A DNA stretch of 32,000 bases from Fibrobacter sp. (GTDB lineage Bacteria > Fibrobacterota > Fibrobacteria > Fibrobacterales > Fibrobacteraceae): the NCBI GenBank assembly GCA_045599625.1, contig JAZRWJ010000002.1, forward strand, positions 3,222-35,221, written 5' to 3'. Positions 22,941-32,000 of the stretch are shown here, one piece after another. A model generated the notes under the pieces. That model saw nothing but the letters and a program-made list of their open reading frames with translations, did not search any database and was not told the origin of the DNA. The position numbers were made by a program, and so were the translations under genes. Numbering within the stretch: the first letter of the stretch is position 1; the number at the start of each line of letters is the position of its first letter.

Positions 22941-23034
22941 GACACTCTAGTGACAAAATTTCATTTTATATTTGAAATTGAGCAAACAACTACGTCGGAA
23001 GCGACGATATACTTTATGGAGGGGCTGCAAAACT

Positions 23035-23292
23035 ATGACAGATGACGAATTCGAAAAAAGAACAAAGAAAATTCTAAAACGAATCAGCCATACTATGGGT
23101 GCCCTGTTAAAAGACTATGGGAACGCCGGTGGCGATACCACATCTATAACGGATTTTTCAGAATACCTGGATTTCTGCAAAATGACGTTCATCACTCTTG
23201 CCGACGAAATCAAATCACAGGCAGACGCGAAATTATTTATAGACGACATCGAAACAGAAATTCAAGAATACGTGGAAACAGAAACAAACTAA
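23035..23292 (+). CDS. Hypothetical small acidic protein
   Basis: The track ORF starts at a TTG (22972). The ATG at 23035 (MTDDEFEKR...) is preceded by GGAGGGG about 10 nt upstream, so I prefer it. Confidence 0.45.
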   Translation: MTDDEFEKRTKKILKRISHTMGALLKDYGNAGGDTTSITDFSEYLDFCKMTFITLADEIKSQADAKLFIDDIETEIQEYVETETN

Positions 23293-23311
23293 ATTCAACA
23301 AAGGATTTTTT

Positions 23312-23854
23312 ATGAGATACACACCCTCAGAACAGGAAAATCAAGACTTTGACGTGAAGGAATTCGGCTATATGTATAGCTGGGGCGTCGAAAATTTTAA
23401 CGTCAGTCAAACCGAAGCCTTGCAAACATACATTGAAACATATTTCGACATCACTGGCGGCAGCGCCACAGAAGACGAAATCAACAATTTCTTTAATTGT
23501 GTCGGCTGTCAGGATTTCGTTGAATTCCTACGCGAAAGCGATCATAAGCCCGATGAAATCGAAGCTCGCATAAAAGCCGACATGAAAACCTACAAGGAAG
23601 AATTGGAAGAAGAACAACAGCGAAACAAAAAGCGCGAAGAAAAGCATGAGGCCGAAGGCGACGCTCTCATGAAGCAGTACTTCGGCACCACTCTCGACGA
23701 GCTTGCGAATCGTCTGATTCAAGAAAATCCCAAGGATTCCAAAAAAAGCATCAGAGATCACGCCTGTGACATCACCATTGATTTCCAGATGCTTTTTACA
23801 GGGTTGGGACTTCGTTTGGAACGACTCGTACAGAGCAAGCTTGAACAAGGGTAA
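23312..23854 (+). CDS. Hypothetical acidic protein (180 aa)
   Basis: Clean ORF with AAAGGA upstream. It has a charged helical middle segment (EELEEEQQRNKKREEKHE). No family recognised. Confidence 0.55.
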   Translation: MRYTPSEQENQDFDVKEFGYMYSWGVENFNVSQTEALQTYIETYFDITGGSATEDEINNFFNCVGCQDFVEFLRESDHKPDEIEARIKADMKTYKEELEEEQQRNKKREEKHEAEGDALMKQYFGTTLDELANRLIQENPKDSKKSIRDHACDITIDFQMLFTGLGLRLERLVQSKLEQG

Positions 23855-23872
23855 AACGCCATTAGAACGCAC

Positions 23873-23903
23873 AAAAAGCGCCTCCTAAGGAGGCGTTTTT
23901 TTT
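23873..23903. terminator. Bidirectional rho-independent terminator between the island and recD
   Basis: AAAAA-GCGCCTCC-taa-GGAGGCG-TTTTTTTT, a GC-rich stem flanked by an A-run and a T-run. It serves both convergent transcripts. Confidence 0.75.
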
Positions 23904-25860
23904 AGTTCTTGGACAAGTTGATTCCTGTATCTCGTTTTTCAGCAACCATAAGACCTTTCTCAAAAGCTTCTTGATTGGAGATTACAATACAAGAATATTT
24001 GGCACGAGATATGCCTGTGTATATGATTTCATTGCTCATCAGAGGATGATTCTCTGATTCAGGCAAGAACATCAATACATGGCCAAATTCAGACCCTTGA
24101 GACTTGTGGATAGTCATCGCATAGGCTGGTACTAGAGAACTGTAATCAAAATCAGAAAGAGCAAAACGCTTGTACTTTTTTTCCTTTGAGAAAACTAATT
24201 GCAAAGACTCTTCCCCTTGCGCATTCTTTTCCGAAATAACAAGACCCACGTCGCCATTGAATACGCCAAAGCCTTCCATATTTCTTGTAAGCATCAGCAT
24301 CTCTCCGGCAAAGAACGGTCCATCCTTTTTGGCAGGATGAATTTTATTCAGCAAAAACTCATTCACAAGATTTATACCCATTCGGGATTGATGTTCTGCA
24401 CAAAGAATTCGGGCCGTTTCAAGTTGTTCCTTAAACATGCATTCCAGGATTTCATCAGAAAACACGTGTTCTGCACCTTCGGCAAAATATCCCGCAAAAT
24501 TATTCGATGCCTTAGCATAGAATTTTTCGTACCAGGATTTCAGTATATTTTCCTGGGCTTTTGAAAGTTCAGATCGTTTTCCCTGGGATATTTCAAAGAA
24601 TGTCACTTTGGAATTTTTCTTGCAGATTTCGCCACCTTCAGAAAGACTTTCATTAAGGAAATTCTGCAACTCGATTTTATCCGGGCTCATTTCGAAATCA
24701 AACTTTTTAGCGACGCCCGTTTTCTTCACTTCAAGAACATCGTCAACAACTTCAAGTAATTTACCATCAAAGCGGTTAGATTCATTAAGCTTAACCATAG
24801 CGTCTTCTTTCTGGGCAAGAAGACTTCCAAGAACTGCGCCGGCATCCACTGATGGTAACTGATGCTCATCGCCTAGAAGAAACAGCTTTGCAGTAGAAGG
24901 AACAGCCTTAAGTAACGCGGCAAACAGATTGATGTCTACCATACTGGCTTCATCAATAACAATGACAGAATTATCCGGAAGTTGATTATCTTCGTTAAAT
25001 CCGAAGTTTTGACTACCTGGATTATACTTTAACATGCGATGTATGGTTTTTGCTGGAGGCATAATACTCCAATCCAGATTTTCATCTTTCGCATGCTTTA
25101 CTGCATTGCCCAAACTTTCATTCATACGATCAGCAGCCTTTCCGCTGGGAGCCGCCAATAGGATTTCCTTGACACCACCCTTTTTCAGTAAAGATCGCAA
25201 TATCGAGAAAACCACGGTAGTTTTGCCAGTGCCAGGGCCGCCCGTGACAATCAAACTCCCCAAGGAGCCCTTGGCTACGGCTTCTGCCTGTTTTTCCTTT
25301 AGCTCATACCCTAGAACGTCTTTAGACTCTTTTTGAATTGATTCAATGAAAGATTTTTCCACGGTTTGTTTCTTGAACAAGTCGTTAATACGATTTTCAA
25401 TGCAAACCTTGGCTGAAAAATATTTTTGAATAAAAAGGCGATTATTCTGATTGATAAAGGGAACAGCCGCAGAACCATCACTAGAAACAATTTCTGCATA
25501 CTTACCGTCTTTTATTTCTGCAATGGCAATGGAAAAACATTCTTCGACGCATGCAGAAATATCTCCTTCTGTCATTTCATGTTCTTCAAGTATTGCAGCA
25601 AATTTTTCTAGAAACAAACTTTTTTTAGTGCTCAAGTATTCATTAAAAATCTTTGCGGCAACACCATTCTCTAGAGAAATCAAGGTAGATCCTTGAGACT
25701 CACGAATCATTAGGAACAGGAACAACATCTTTGCGGAATCAGACAACTGGATTTTCAGATCGTCTTCCAAAAAGCGAATCATTCGACATTGCATCGCGGT
25801 AACTGCTTTTACCCCGTTCAGTAGGTCTACAAAAATTTCGTAATTAAAATTATGTTTCAT
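23902..25860 (-). CDS. recD: Exodeoxyribonuclease V alpha subunit (RecD)
   Basis: 652 aa. Motifs seen: GGPGTGKTT, VIVIDEASMVD, LLGDEHQLPSVDAGAVL and AMTIHKSQGSEF. Last gene of the recC-recB-recD order. Confidence 0.85.
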   Translation of the reverse strand: MKHNFNYEIFVDLLNGVKAVTAMQCRMIRFLEDDLKIQLSDSAKMLFLFLMIRESQGSTLISLENGVAAKIFNEYLSTKKSLFLEKFAAILEEHEMTEGDISACVEECFSIAIAEIKDGKYAEIVSSDGSAAVPFINQNNRLFIQKYFSAKVCIENRINDLFKKQTVEKSFIESIQKESKDVLGYELKEKQAEAVAKGSLGSLIVTGGPGTGKTTVVFSILRSLLKKGGVKEILLAAPSGKAADRMNESLGNAVKHAKDENLDWSIMPPAKTIHRMLKYNPGSQNFGFNEDNQLPDNSVIVIDEASMVDINLFAALLKAVPSTAKLFLLGDEHQLPSVDAGAVLGSLLAQKEDAMVKLNESNRFDGKLLEVVDDVLEVKKTGVAKKFDFEMSPDKIELQNFLNESLSEGGEICKKNSKVTFFEISQGKRSELSKAQENILKSWYEKFYAKASNNFAGYFAEGAEHVFSDEILECMFKEQLETARILCAEHQSRMGINLVNEFLLNKIHPAKKDGPFFAGEMLMLTRNMEGFGVFNGDVGLVISEKNAQGEESLQLVFSKEKKYKRFALSDFDYSSLVPAYAMTIHKSQGSEFGHVLMFLPESENHPLMSNEIIYTGISRAKYSCIVISNQEAFEKGLMVAEKRDTGINLSKN

Positions 25861-25867
25861 TTGGGCC

Positions 25868-28800
25868 TCAAATGTTAACGCGTTTCATCATTATCTTGTC
25901 AAATGCAGCCTTTAAGCTCGGATAATCCCAAAATTCAAATTTTTCCGACGCCATATTTAGGTCTTTGGGCTTATCAAATAAGTGGGACAGAATGGTCTGC
26001 TCATCATTTTCCGCACCGCGAGCAAAGACATAGTAGATGCCACCGAAATGCTTTTCAAAAATCTCATTTTCGTCTTTGGGATAATCCGGGAACGTCTTAA
26101 GCCACTGTATCAAGTAATAAGTATACAGCACCTTCTGAACAGAATACTCACGTGACTCGACTTGCAAAACCATTCGGTCGTCATTGTACACTTCCAAGCC
26201 ATCAGACTTCCAGTCCAAAATGTAATAGCGACGTTTATCGCCATCACCACGAACAAACAATAGGTCGATAAAGCCCTTAATTATCACATTAGGGGCGATG
26301 GGGTCGGAGTATTGGAAAAGCATTTCTCGTTTCGTCTGATTCTGCTGAAGATCCGCCAATACAAACTTTTCTCCATTACGATCAGCAATCGTTTCGTGAA
26401 GAACATTGTAAACAACCTTCTTCAGCGGCTCCCCATGCTTCTCCACGTCAAATTTCAAATGCTCCTCGCCAAAGGAATTTTTCATGACATTCATCAATTC
26501 AACGCTAGATAGATATTCTTCATCAACCTTAGAGAAATCAGTCAATTCAAAAATCTTATGAAGAGCATTGCCAAAGTGCGAACCACGAGGAAGCTTCGTC
26601 TTTAGGAATACAAATTCGTTATCTTCACCACAGCCCGCCTCCTCCTCAGAAGGGTTAGGAGCGTCTTCTGCCTGACTCAGAAGATTTTGTTTATTTATGG
26701 CCGCTTTTAGATCCGATTCCGAAATATGCTTATGATGCGTAATGGAGGAATAAGCCCTTTGCTTTGTAACTTTTGATGGCAATTGAAGATTCTCTAATTT
26801 TACATCGACGGTCGCACCAGTTATGGGTAAGCAATCCTTTTTGGAAAGCTTATCTACGCTGTCGGCGATTACGTCTTTTACATCGGGAATTGGATCAAAT
26901 TCAGACTCCACAAAACCGTCACTAAACTTTTTTCCTTCCATAGCAGTTTTGACAAAGGTATTTATAGGAGCGCCTTCCGTACCATCTTTCTTAAACCAAG
27001 TCAGCACCAAGAATTGAGCACGAGTGTAGGCTACATAGAAAAGCCTTCTACTTTCTGAAAATTCAATTTGATCGGAGTGATACCCAAACTCTATTTTACG
27101 CCTTTCATTAACAAGGTCACCTAAAGATACAGAAACACTTGTATATGGCCCAGAAAAACCACCAAACATAATGACAACAGGGAATTCCAATCCTTTAGAA
27201 GCATGCATCGTCATTAGCTGTACCGCATCCAGGTCCGACCCCTTCGCTACAGTTTTCACGTCATCTTCCGTAGAGTTTCCATTGGACGCTCTTGTATTTA
27301 ATTGGCGTAAATGTTGAGCCAAGCCGGTCAATGTATAAGATCCTGAAATAAGGCATTCCTGCGCATATTCTCCCACTTGTCGAATACGGGCAAGGAGCCC
27401 CATATCCTTCGGATTCGAAAGATACTGCTCTATACCGGTTTCCTTGTAGATTGATTCAAACAAGGCAATCCATCTCTTTTGAGCCGCATACCTACGCCAC
27501 AAACCAAACATGGATAAAAGAGATTTCTGGCCCACCTTCCCCATTGTCTCAAAAGAATAATTTTCTACCTGCAGAAAACGTTTTTGTGCATCCTTGGCAA
27601 AGAACGGCTTAAAGAAATCCGTAAGTAAGGCTGTCCGCAACGCTCCCTGAAACTCGCGAGATTCATTTGCAGATGCTATAGCACGAAAGAGCCATTCCCA
27701 CTGAGCGCATTCTCGCCCATCAAAAAGAGTCGTATCTTTATATCGCAAAAAAGGAATCCCGGCAGAAGAAAGCTTTTCTTCAATCACGGCATACTCTCTA
27801 CTTTTGCGAACCAATACAGCTACATCGGAAAACTTTAAATTTCTTCCCTTCACCTGCATATTGGTTTTTCCGTCTGCATCTACCTTAAAGATTTGTGCCA
27901 AACGTTCTACGCAGAAATCGGCAAAGCCACGTTCATCCTCAGCAGAAGAAACCCAGAAGGGCTTGTAACTTTTATCTTTATTAATCGAGGCAACATTAGC
28001 CATATTTCCAACAGCAGCCGGAATAAAAGACTGGCTTTCGTCACCGAACAGAGACAACTCTTTTTCGTCAGCGGGAATTTCTGGTTCCCCGCAAAATAAA
28101 GCATTACATGCCTTAATCATTTTTTCCGAAGATCGGAAATTTGCTTCTAGCGTATACAGCTTTCCCTTATTCTGCCCAGCACAGGAAAAATCAATTATTT
28201 TCTCCTTAGCCTTTTTGTAGATTTCAATATCACCACCTTGGAAAGAATAAATAGACTGCTTCGGATCTCCCACGACAAGAATATGATTCTTGTCGTTCAG
28301 GAACAAGGCTTCAAAGATACCCCACTGTACGGCATTGGTATCCTGAAATTCATCAATGATGGCCATTTTGAATTTCTTTTGCAAGGTTTCCTTAAGTAGG
28401 GATTTTTCCTTATTCAATTCGTGATTTACACAAGAAATCAAGTCATCAAAGGTCTTCTGCTTATTTTCGCTCTTGCTTCGTTTCCAATCATCATAGAGTT
28501 TCTTTGCAACATCAATGGCAAAGGTCCGTTCTATTGATATTCTGATTTTTTTAATGTCGGTTTGGGTAGCGACAGGCTTTAAACATCTGCGAATGTTTTC
28601 TGCTTGATTGTATAAGCCTCCAAATTCAGGATAAGTCTCATCAAAAGCATTGAATATCTTTTGATTGTCCTTACTAATAGTTCCACTTACCTTACTTTTC
28701 CACGCGGCAAGGTATTCTATCAATTCACTCACAGACTTTGAAGTTCTTGGCCCCGTTTTGACGGATTCCTTTTCATACGGCTTCAGCTTTTTTAAAAGTT

Positions 28801-29485
28801 CATCCAACTGGGCTATATAATTTGCATACACCGAAGACGATTCACAATGAACAAAAGCTACTTCCCGCAATTCCTTTTCTGTAAAAATCTGCTTGAAAAC
28901 TTCATAACTATCATCTTTATAGGCAGGGAATTCGGTGGTGTCTTCATTATATGTCCGAAGAATTTCTTGTACAACATTTACAAGATTTTCAATATTTGCG
29001 CCGTATTTGATAGGATCGTAGAAAGAGCCCTTCACCCATTCATCGCGGCAAGCCTTTTCAACTACCGTTTCTACACTTTTCTTGCTTATCAAATCAAAGG
29101 CAAACGGCAAATTGGCATCATAGGCATAAGTCGCCATCATCTTTTGACAAAAGGCATGGAACGTGGAAATCTGTGCAGAGTCAATGGAATCTACAGACTT
29201 ACGAATCTTTTTACGCTGCTCCAAAGTCAAGGATTCATCATCAACAGCCTTCTGTAAAGCCTTAAGGATTCGCCCACGAAGTTCGCCCGCAGCCTTTTCT
29301 GTAAAAGTCACAAGCATCAATTGATTTAAATCAATAAAATTGCTGGGGCTCTTTACCAGTTCTACCACTAAATTTTCGATGGTATAGGTTTTACCTGTTC
29401 CTGCCGAGGCTTCAACAATACAGTGTTGAACATTGCCATTAATTAAGTCATTTGCAATTTCTTGATACTTGTCAGCCATATTCAC
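25868..29485 (-). CDS. recB: Exodeoxyribonuclease V beta subunit (RecB): UvrD-type helicase + C-terminal PD-(D/E)xK nuclease
   Basis: 1205 aa. The N-terminus has EASAGTGKTYTI plus UvrD/Rep helicase motifs. The C-terminus GFIDLLFVRG...YYILDWKSD is the RecB nuclease motif. Confidence 0.9.
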   Translation of the reverse strand: MNMADKYQEIANDLINGNVQHCIVEASAGTGKTYTIENLVVELVKSPSNFIDLNQLMLVTFTEKAAGELRGRILKALQKAVDDESLTLEQRKKIRKSVDSIDSAQISTFHAFCQKMMATYAYDANLPFAFDLISKKSVETVVEKACRDEWVKGSFYDPIKYGANIENLVNVVQEILRTYNEDTTEFPAYKDDSYEVFKQIFTEKELREVAFVHCESSSVYANYIAQLDELLKKLKPYEKESVKTGPRTSKSVSELIEYLAAWKSKVSGTISKDNQKIFNAFDETYPEFGGLYNQAENIRRCLKPVATQTDIKKIRISIERTFAIDVAKKLYDDWKRSKSENKQKTFDDLISCVNHELNKEKSLLKETLQKKFKMAIIDEFQDTNAVQWGIFEALFLNDKNHILVVGDPKQSIYSFQGGDIEIYKKAKEKIIDFSCAGQNKGKLYTLEANFRSSEKMIKACNALFCGEPEIPADEKELSLFGDESQSFIPAAVGNMANVASINKDKSYKPFWVSSAEDERGFADFCVERLAQIFKVDADGKTNMQVKGRNLKFSDVAVLVRKSREYAVIEEKLSSAGIPFLRYKDTTLFDGRECAQWEWLFRAIASANESREFQGALRTALLTDFFKPFFAKDAQKRFLQVENYSFETMGKVGQKSLLSMFGLWRRYAAQKRWIALFESIYKETGIEQYLSNPKDMGLLARIRQVGEYAQECLISGSYTLTGLAQHLRQLNTRASNGNSTEDDVKTVAKGSDLDAVQLMTMHASKGLEFPVVIMFGGFSGPYTSVSVSLGDLVNERRKIEFGYHSDQIEFSESRRLFYVAYTRAQFLVLTWFKKDGTEGAPINTFVKTAMEGKKFSDGFVESEFDPIPDVKDVIADSVDKLSKKDCLPITGATVDVKLENLQLPSKVTKQRAYSSITHHKHISESDLKAAINKQNLLSQAEDAPNPSEEEAGCGEDNEFVFLKTKLPRGSHFGNALHKIFELTDFSKVDEEYLSSVELMNVMKNSFGEEHLKFDVEKHGEPLKKVVYNVLHETIADRNGEKFVLADLQQNQTKREMLFQYSDPIAPNVIIKGFIDLLFVRGDGDKRRYYILDWKSDGLEVYNDDRMVLQVESREYSVQKVLYTYYLIQWLKTFPDYPKDENEIFEKHFGGIYYVFARGAENDEQTILSHLFDKPKDLNMASEKFEFWDYPSLKAAFDKIMMKRVNI

Positions 29486-29487
29486 CC

Positions 29488-32000
29488 CTACTCCAAGCTA
29501 ATTCCGCAGAAAAGTTTTTCCATTTTTTCTACACCCATCTGCAAGTCCCTCTCAAGCCATTCATTAGTAAATTGGCAATCTCTGTAGTCAAAAATTTTGA
29601 ATAATGGAAAATACTGCGATTTATACTCAGCGTAATCTCCCTCGGTAAACGTCCTAAAGGATTTTTTGAACAGTTTCGCTCGCTTATCAGAATCCGATTC
29701 CTTGATGGCCTTCCAAACGAAGTCTACAGGCAGTAACATCCTAAACTTTTCACCGTAGGCAAGTTTATAAATTTCTAGCAACCGCTGCATTGCGGAATCA
29801 TTATCCAAATCAATGCGGGCCTTTTGAATACCATTAGAAAACAGGACAACGCTAGAAACACTTTTGCATTCACCACAAGCAAGCAGCATTAGCCCTTGGA
29901 TATACATCTGCAAGTGCTTTTTGACTTTTTCCACTTTACCTATAGTCTCATGACTAGGATCAAACAGAATGATTGTAGAGCCATTCCTATAGAAAGACTT
30001 TATTTCCGTTTCCAAAATCACATTTTTTTCAAGTTCAACAGACAGTTTCAACGGCTTTTCATTCAATACAGATTCGCCACATATTTCAGACAAGATTTCT
30101 ATCTGGAACTGAAGTAAATTTCGCAATTGCTCCTTTACTTTTTCATTAAAAGGCGCGGCAGGCAGCACCCCTTCATTTTCGCTTTGTGTAAAATCAAAAT
30201 CTTTCTGTCCCGTGCGCAAATATTGATCCACGCTTTGATGGTTTATTTTATACTGACTCAAATAAGAAGCGCTAATAGGCTCGTATGATTCCCTGGAAAC
30301 GTTTTCATCCTCATCTCTCAAGCCAAGGGATACGGTAACCTGAAATTCAAATGGATTTTCTAAAAATTTTTTCAACTGACGAGCAGTAATAACAACTTTA
30401 TTTTTGTCTTCTTTTTGCTCCCGCAGAATGACAGTATAGTCGTTATCACTTGCTGCCGTAATGCGATTGGCAATACAGAAATTTCTAAAACTACGACGGG
30501 TATAGATTTCATCGTAGGTGCGATCTTCATCTAGCTTTCGATTAACACAGAAGGACTTCATCTCGCAGGGATTCTTTAGGATGGAACGATTAATAAAATC
30601 AAATAATTCCACCACCACGCTGGATGGTTCCAACTCCGCCGCCTTTTTCAAATTCTGATTGACATAGCTGATATGGAATGATTCCTCGGCGCTCATTAAT
30701 TGGCAAAGAAACACATACTTATTCTTATCTATGTTATTATCGTCACCCAGCTTTCGTCCGGCAACGATTCGCAGATCCAGCGAGCTATCGTCGTTTGCCC
30801 CAGGGTACTGCTCCATTCCCACTCCCAAAAGGAACAGGTGTCTGGCAGGCACAATGCGATTCGGCATCAACTTCATGAAGGATATGCCATCTATAAACAA
30901 CTTGTCGGAACTGACCTTGGTATTGCCAATCGCCTGCTTTAAACTGTGGTAAACAATTTTAAAGGGGATTTCACCTACTCCAGAAGCAAAAATCAGCTTA
31001 AGGGAATGAATAGCTAGGCGGAGTCCACTTAACGCAGAAACTTCTTCAGAATTTCGCAGCCACATGAACAAGTTGTCCGCCAGCTCATTTAATTCAGTCT
31101 CGCCCTTTACCGCAGTCTTGTCTGAACTTTGAGATAATTTTTCCAGGTCATCCAACATGGAAATGAACCTTGACAAAGAACGTTCATCAGATGTTTCCAT
31201 GGATGCGAAGGGAACAATATTTCCAAAGGGCTTGTCCATCCACTTACTTAAAAGCAAGCGCTTGATCGCCCGACTCCACGAGAAAGCGTCCTCCGTATCT
31301 TTATGACGATAGGCGGGAACCGCATTCAATATTCCCTGGTAATTTTCAACATCAATTTGCGAAATACCCCTAGTCGCCTGTACTACGGGATTTCCCATAA
31401 GCGAGAGCAAATGTTCTCGGTTAAAATTACCCGTATTACGAATATCTAGAAGGGTATTCAGAGCTTCTAAGGTAAAGGACTCTCCGTCCTTGGAATCAAG
31501 AATCTTGTATGGGACGCCTTTTTTGTAACCAGAGCTTTCAAATACTTGAATGATGGCGGCATGATAATCGTCTAAATTTGGTGCCAATACCAAAATATCG
31601 TTGGCCTTACCCCCACGCTCTAAAATCTTACATATTTGGGTATGCAGTTCTTCAACTTCTCGGATTCGGGAAGGTGCCGCAGAAATGACAAAAGACCCGT
31701 CTTTTTCCAAGCGAGGAACTGCAGGATCAAGATCATCCAAATTACATTTTCGGTTTAAGACAAGGGATTGGGCCGCATGCAAAACAGAATCGTACATTTC
31801 CTTCTTTGGAATAGGAGCAATATCATAATCAACCAGCTGATTCCAAGTACGGACATTTTCGCGGCCACTTTTTCCAAAGCGAATCAGCAAAGGATTTTCA
31901 TCGGCTGGACAATTACCATATTCGTCCAGGTCCGCATTGTACTGAACACTTTTATAGTCCGCCGAGTCTTCCCAGAATTCGCTGCACGGGTTCTGAATAA
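29488..32000 (-). CDS. recC: Exodeoxyribonuclease V gamma subunit (RecC); N-terminus runs off the right edge
   Basis: LKKFLENPFEFQVTVSLGL...YEPISASYLSQYKI matches the conserved RecC NP..F / EPF..L..Y region. The track start at 31890 is a TTG. Hand translation shows the frame stays open from 31891 to 32000 (...IQNPCSEFWEDSADYKSVQYNADLDEYGNCPADENP-LLIRFGK). Confidence 0.85.
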   Translation of the reverse strand, partial: IQNPCSEFWEDSADYKSVQYNADLDEYGNCPADENPLLIRFGKSGRENVRTWNQLVDYDIAPIPKKEMYDSVLHAAQSLVLNRKCNLDDLDPAVPRLEKDGSFVISAAPSRIREVEELHTQICKILERGGKANDILVLAPNLDDYHAAIIQVFESSGYKKGVPYKILDSKDGESFTLEALNTLLDIRNTGNFNREHLLSLMGNPVVQATRGISQIDVENYQGILNAVPAYRHKDTEDAFSWSRAIKRLLLSKWMDKPFGNIVPFASMETSDERSLSRFISMLDDLEKLSQSSDKTAVKGETELNELADNLFMWLRNSEEVSALSGLRLAIHSLKLIFASGVGEIPFKIVYHSLKQAIGNTKVSSDKLFIDGISFMKLMPNRIVPARHLFLLGVGMEQYPGANDDSSLDLRIVAGRKLGDDNNIDKNKYVFLCQLMSAEESFHISYVNQNLKKAAELEPSSVVVELFDFINRSILKNPCEMKSFCVNRKLDEDRTYDEIYTRRSFRNFCIANRITAASDNDYTVILREQKEDKNKVVITARQLKKFLENPFEFQVTVSLGLRDEDENVSRESYEPISASYLSQYKINHQSVDQYLRTGQKDFDFTQSENEGVLPAAPFNEKVKEQLRNLLQFQIEILSEICGESVLNEKPLKLSVELEKNVILETEIKSFYRNGSTIILFDPSHETIGKVEKVKKHLQMYIQGLMLLACGECKSVSSVVLFSNGIQKARIDLDNDSAMQRLLEIYKLAYGEKFRMLLPVDFVWKAIKESDSDKRAKLFKKSFRTFTEGDYAEYKSQYFPLFKIFDYRDCQFTNEWLERDLQMGVEKMEKLFCGISLE

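Noticed and set aside
31888-31890. TTG at 31890 as the recC start
   Set aside because: The reading frame stays open to the window edge. RecC proteins are about 1100 aa, so the true start lies beyond 32000.

Overview
The window looks like a Fibrobacter-type chromosome segment. This is an inference from a TIGR02147-family paralog and the Cys-rich lipoproteins, not a database result. It has three parts.

(1) 1-8936, mostly housekeeping and envelope genes:
- An FAD oxidoreductase + GtrA pair.
- Two paralogous Cys-rich lipoproteins and a TIGR02147-family gene.
- An orphan AAA ATPase, a DEAD-box RNA helicase and glucokinase.

(2) About 8937-23901, a compositionally mosaic, mostly AT-rich accessory island. 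I saw no integrase, transposase or tRNA in it. It contains:
- A DprA/SLOG-like + PTH2-like + unknown operon.
- An AAA/DUF4143 ATPase preceded by 33-bp-phased direct repeats.
- A four-gene operon of unknowns.
- A heavily structured 320-bp spacer, which may be a non-coding RNA or a leader.
- A single-chain Type IIG restriction-modification enzyme (nuclease + N6-methyltransferase + target-recognition domain).
- An orphan BrnA-like antitoxin flanked by ~90-bp direct repeats.
- A frameshifted AbiEi pseudogene placed head-to-head with an intact AbiEi/AbiEii pair.
- A GC-rich RtcB RNA ligase whose promoter/leader is a near copy of the four-gene operon's.
- A GNAT protein with a long N-terminal extension, and three acidic helical unknowns.

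(3) 23902-32000: recD-recB-recC on the minus strand, with recC running off the right edge.

The most interesting candidates are the SLOG-PTH2 operon, the recurring tRNA damage/repair theme (PTH2, AbiEii, RtcB, GNAT), the unknown four-gene operon with the structured RNA upstream of the R-M gene, and the duplicated promoter-leader modules. All folds, alignments and family calls were done by eye and need computational confirmation.
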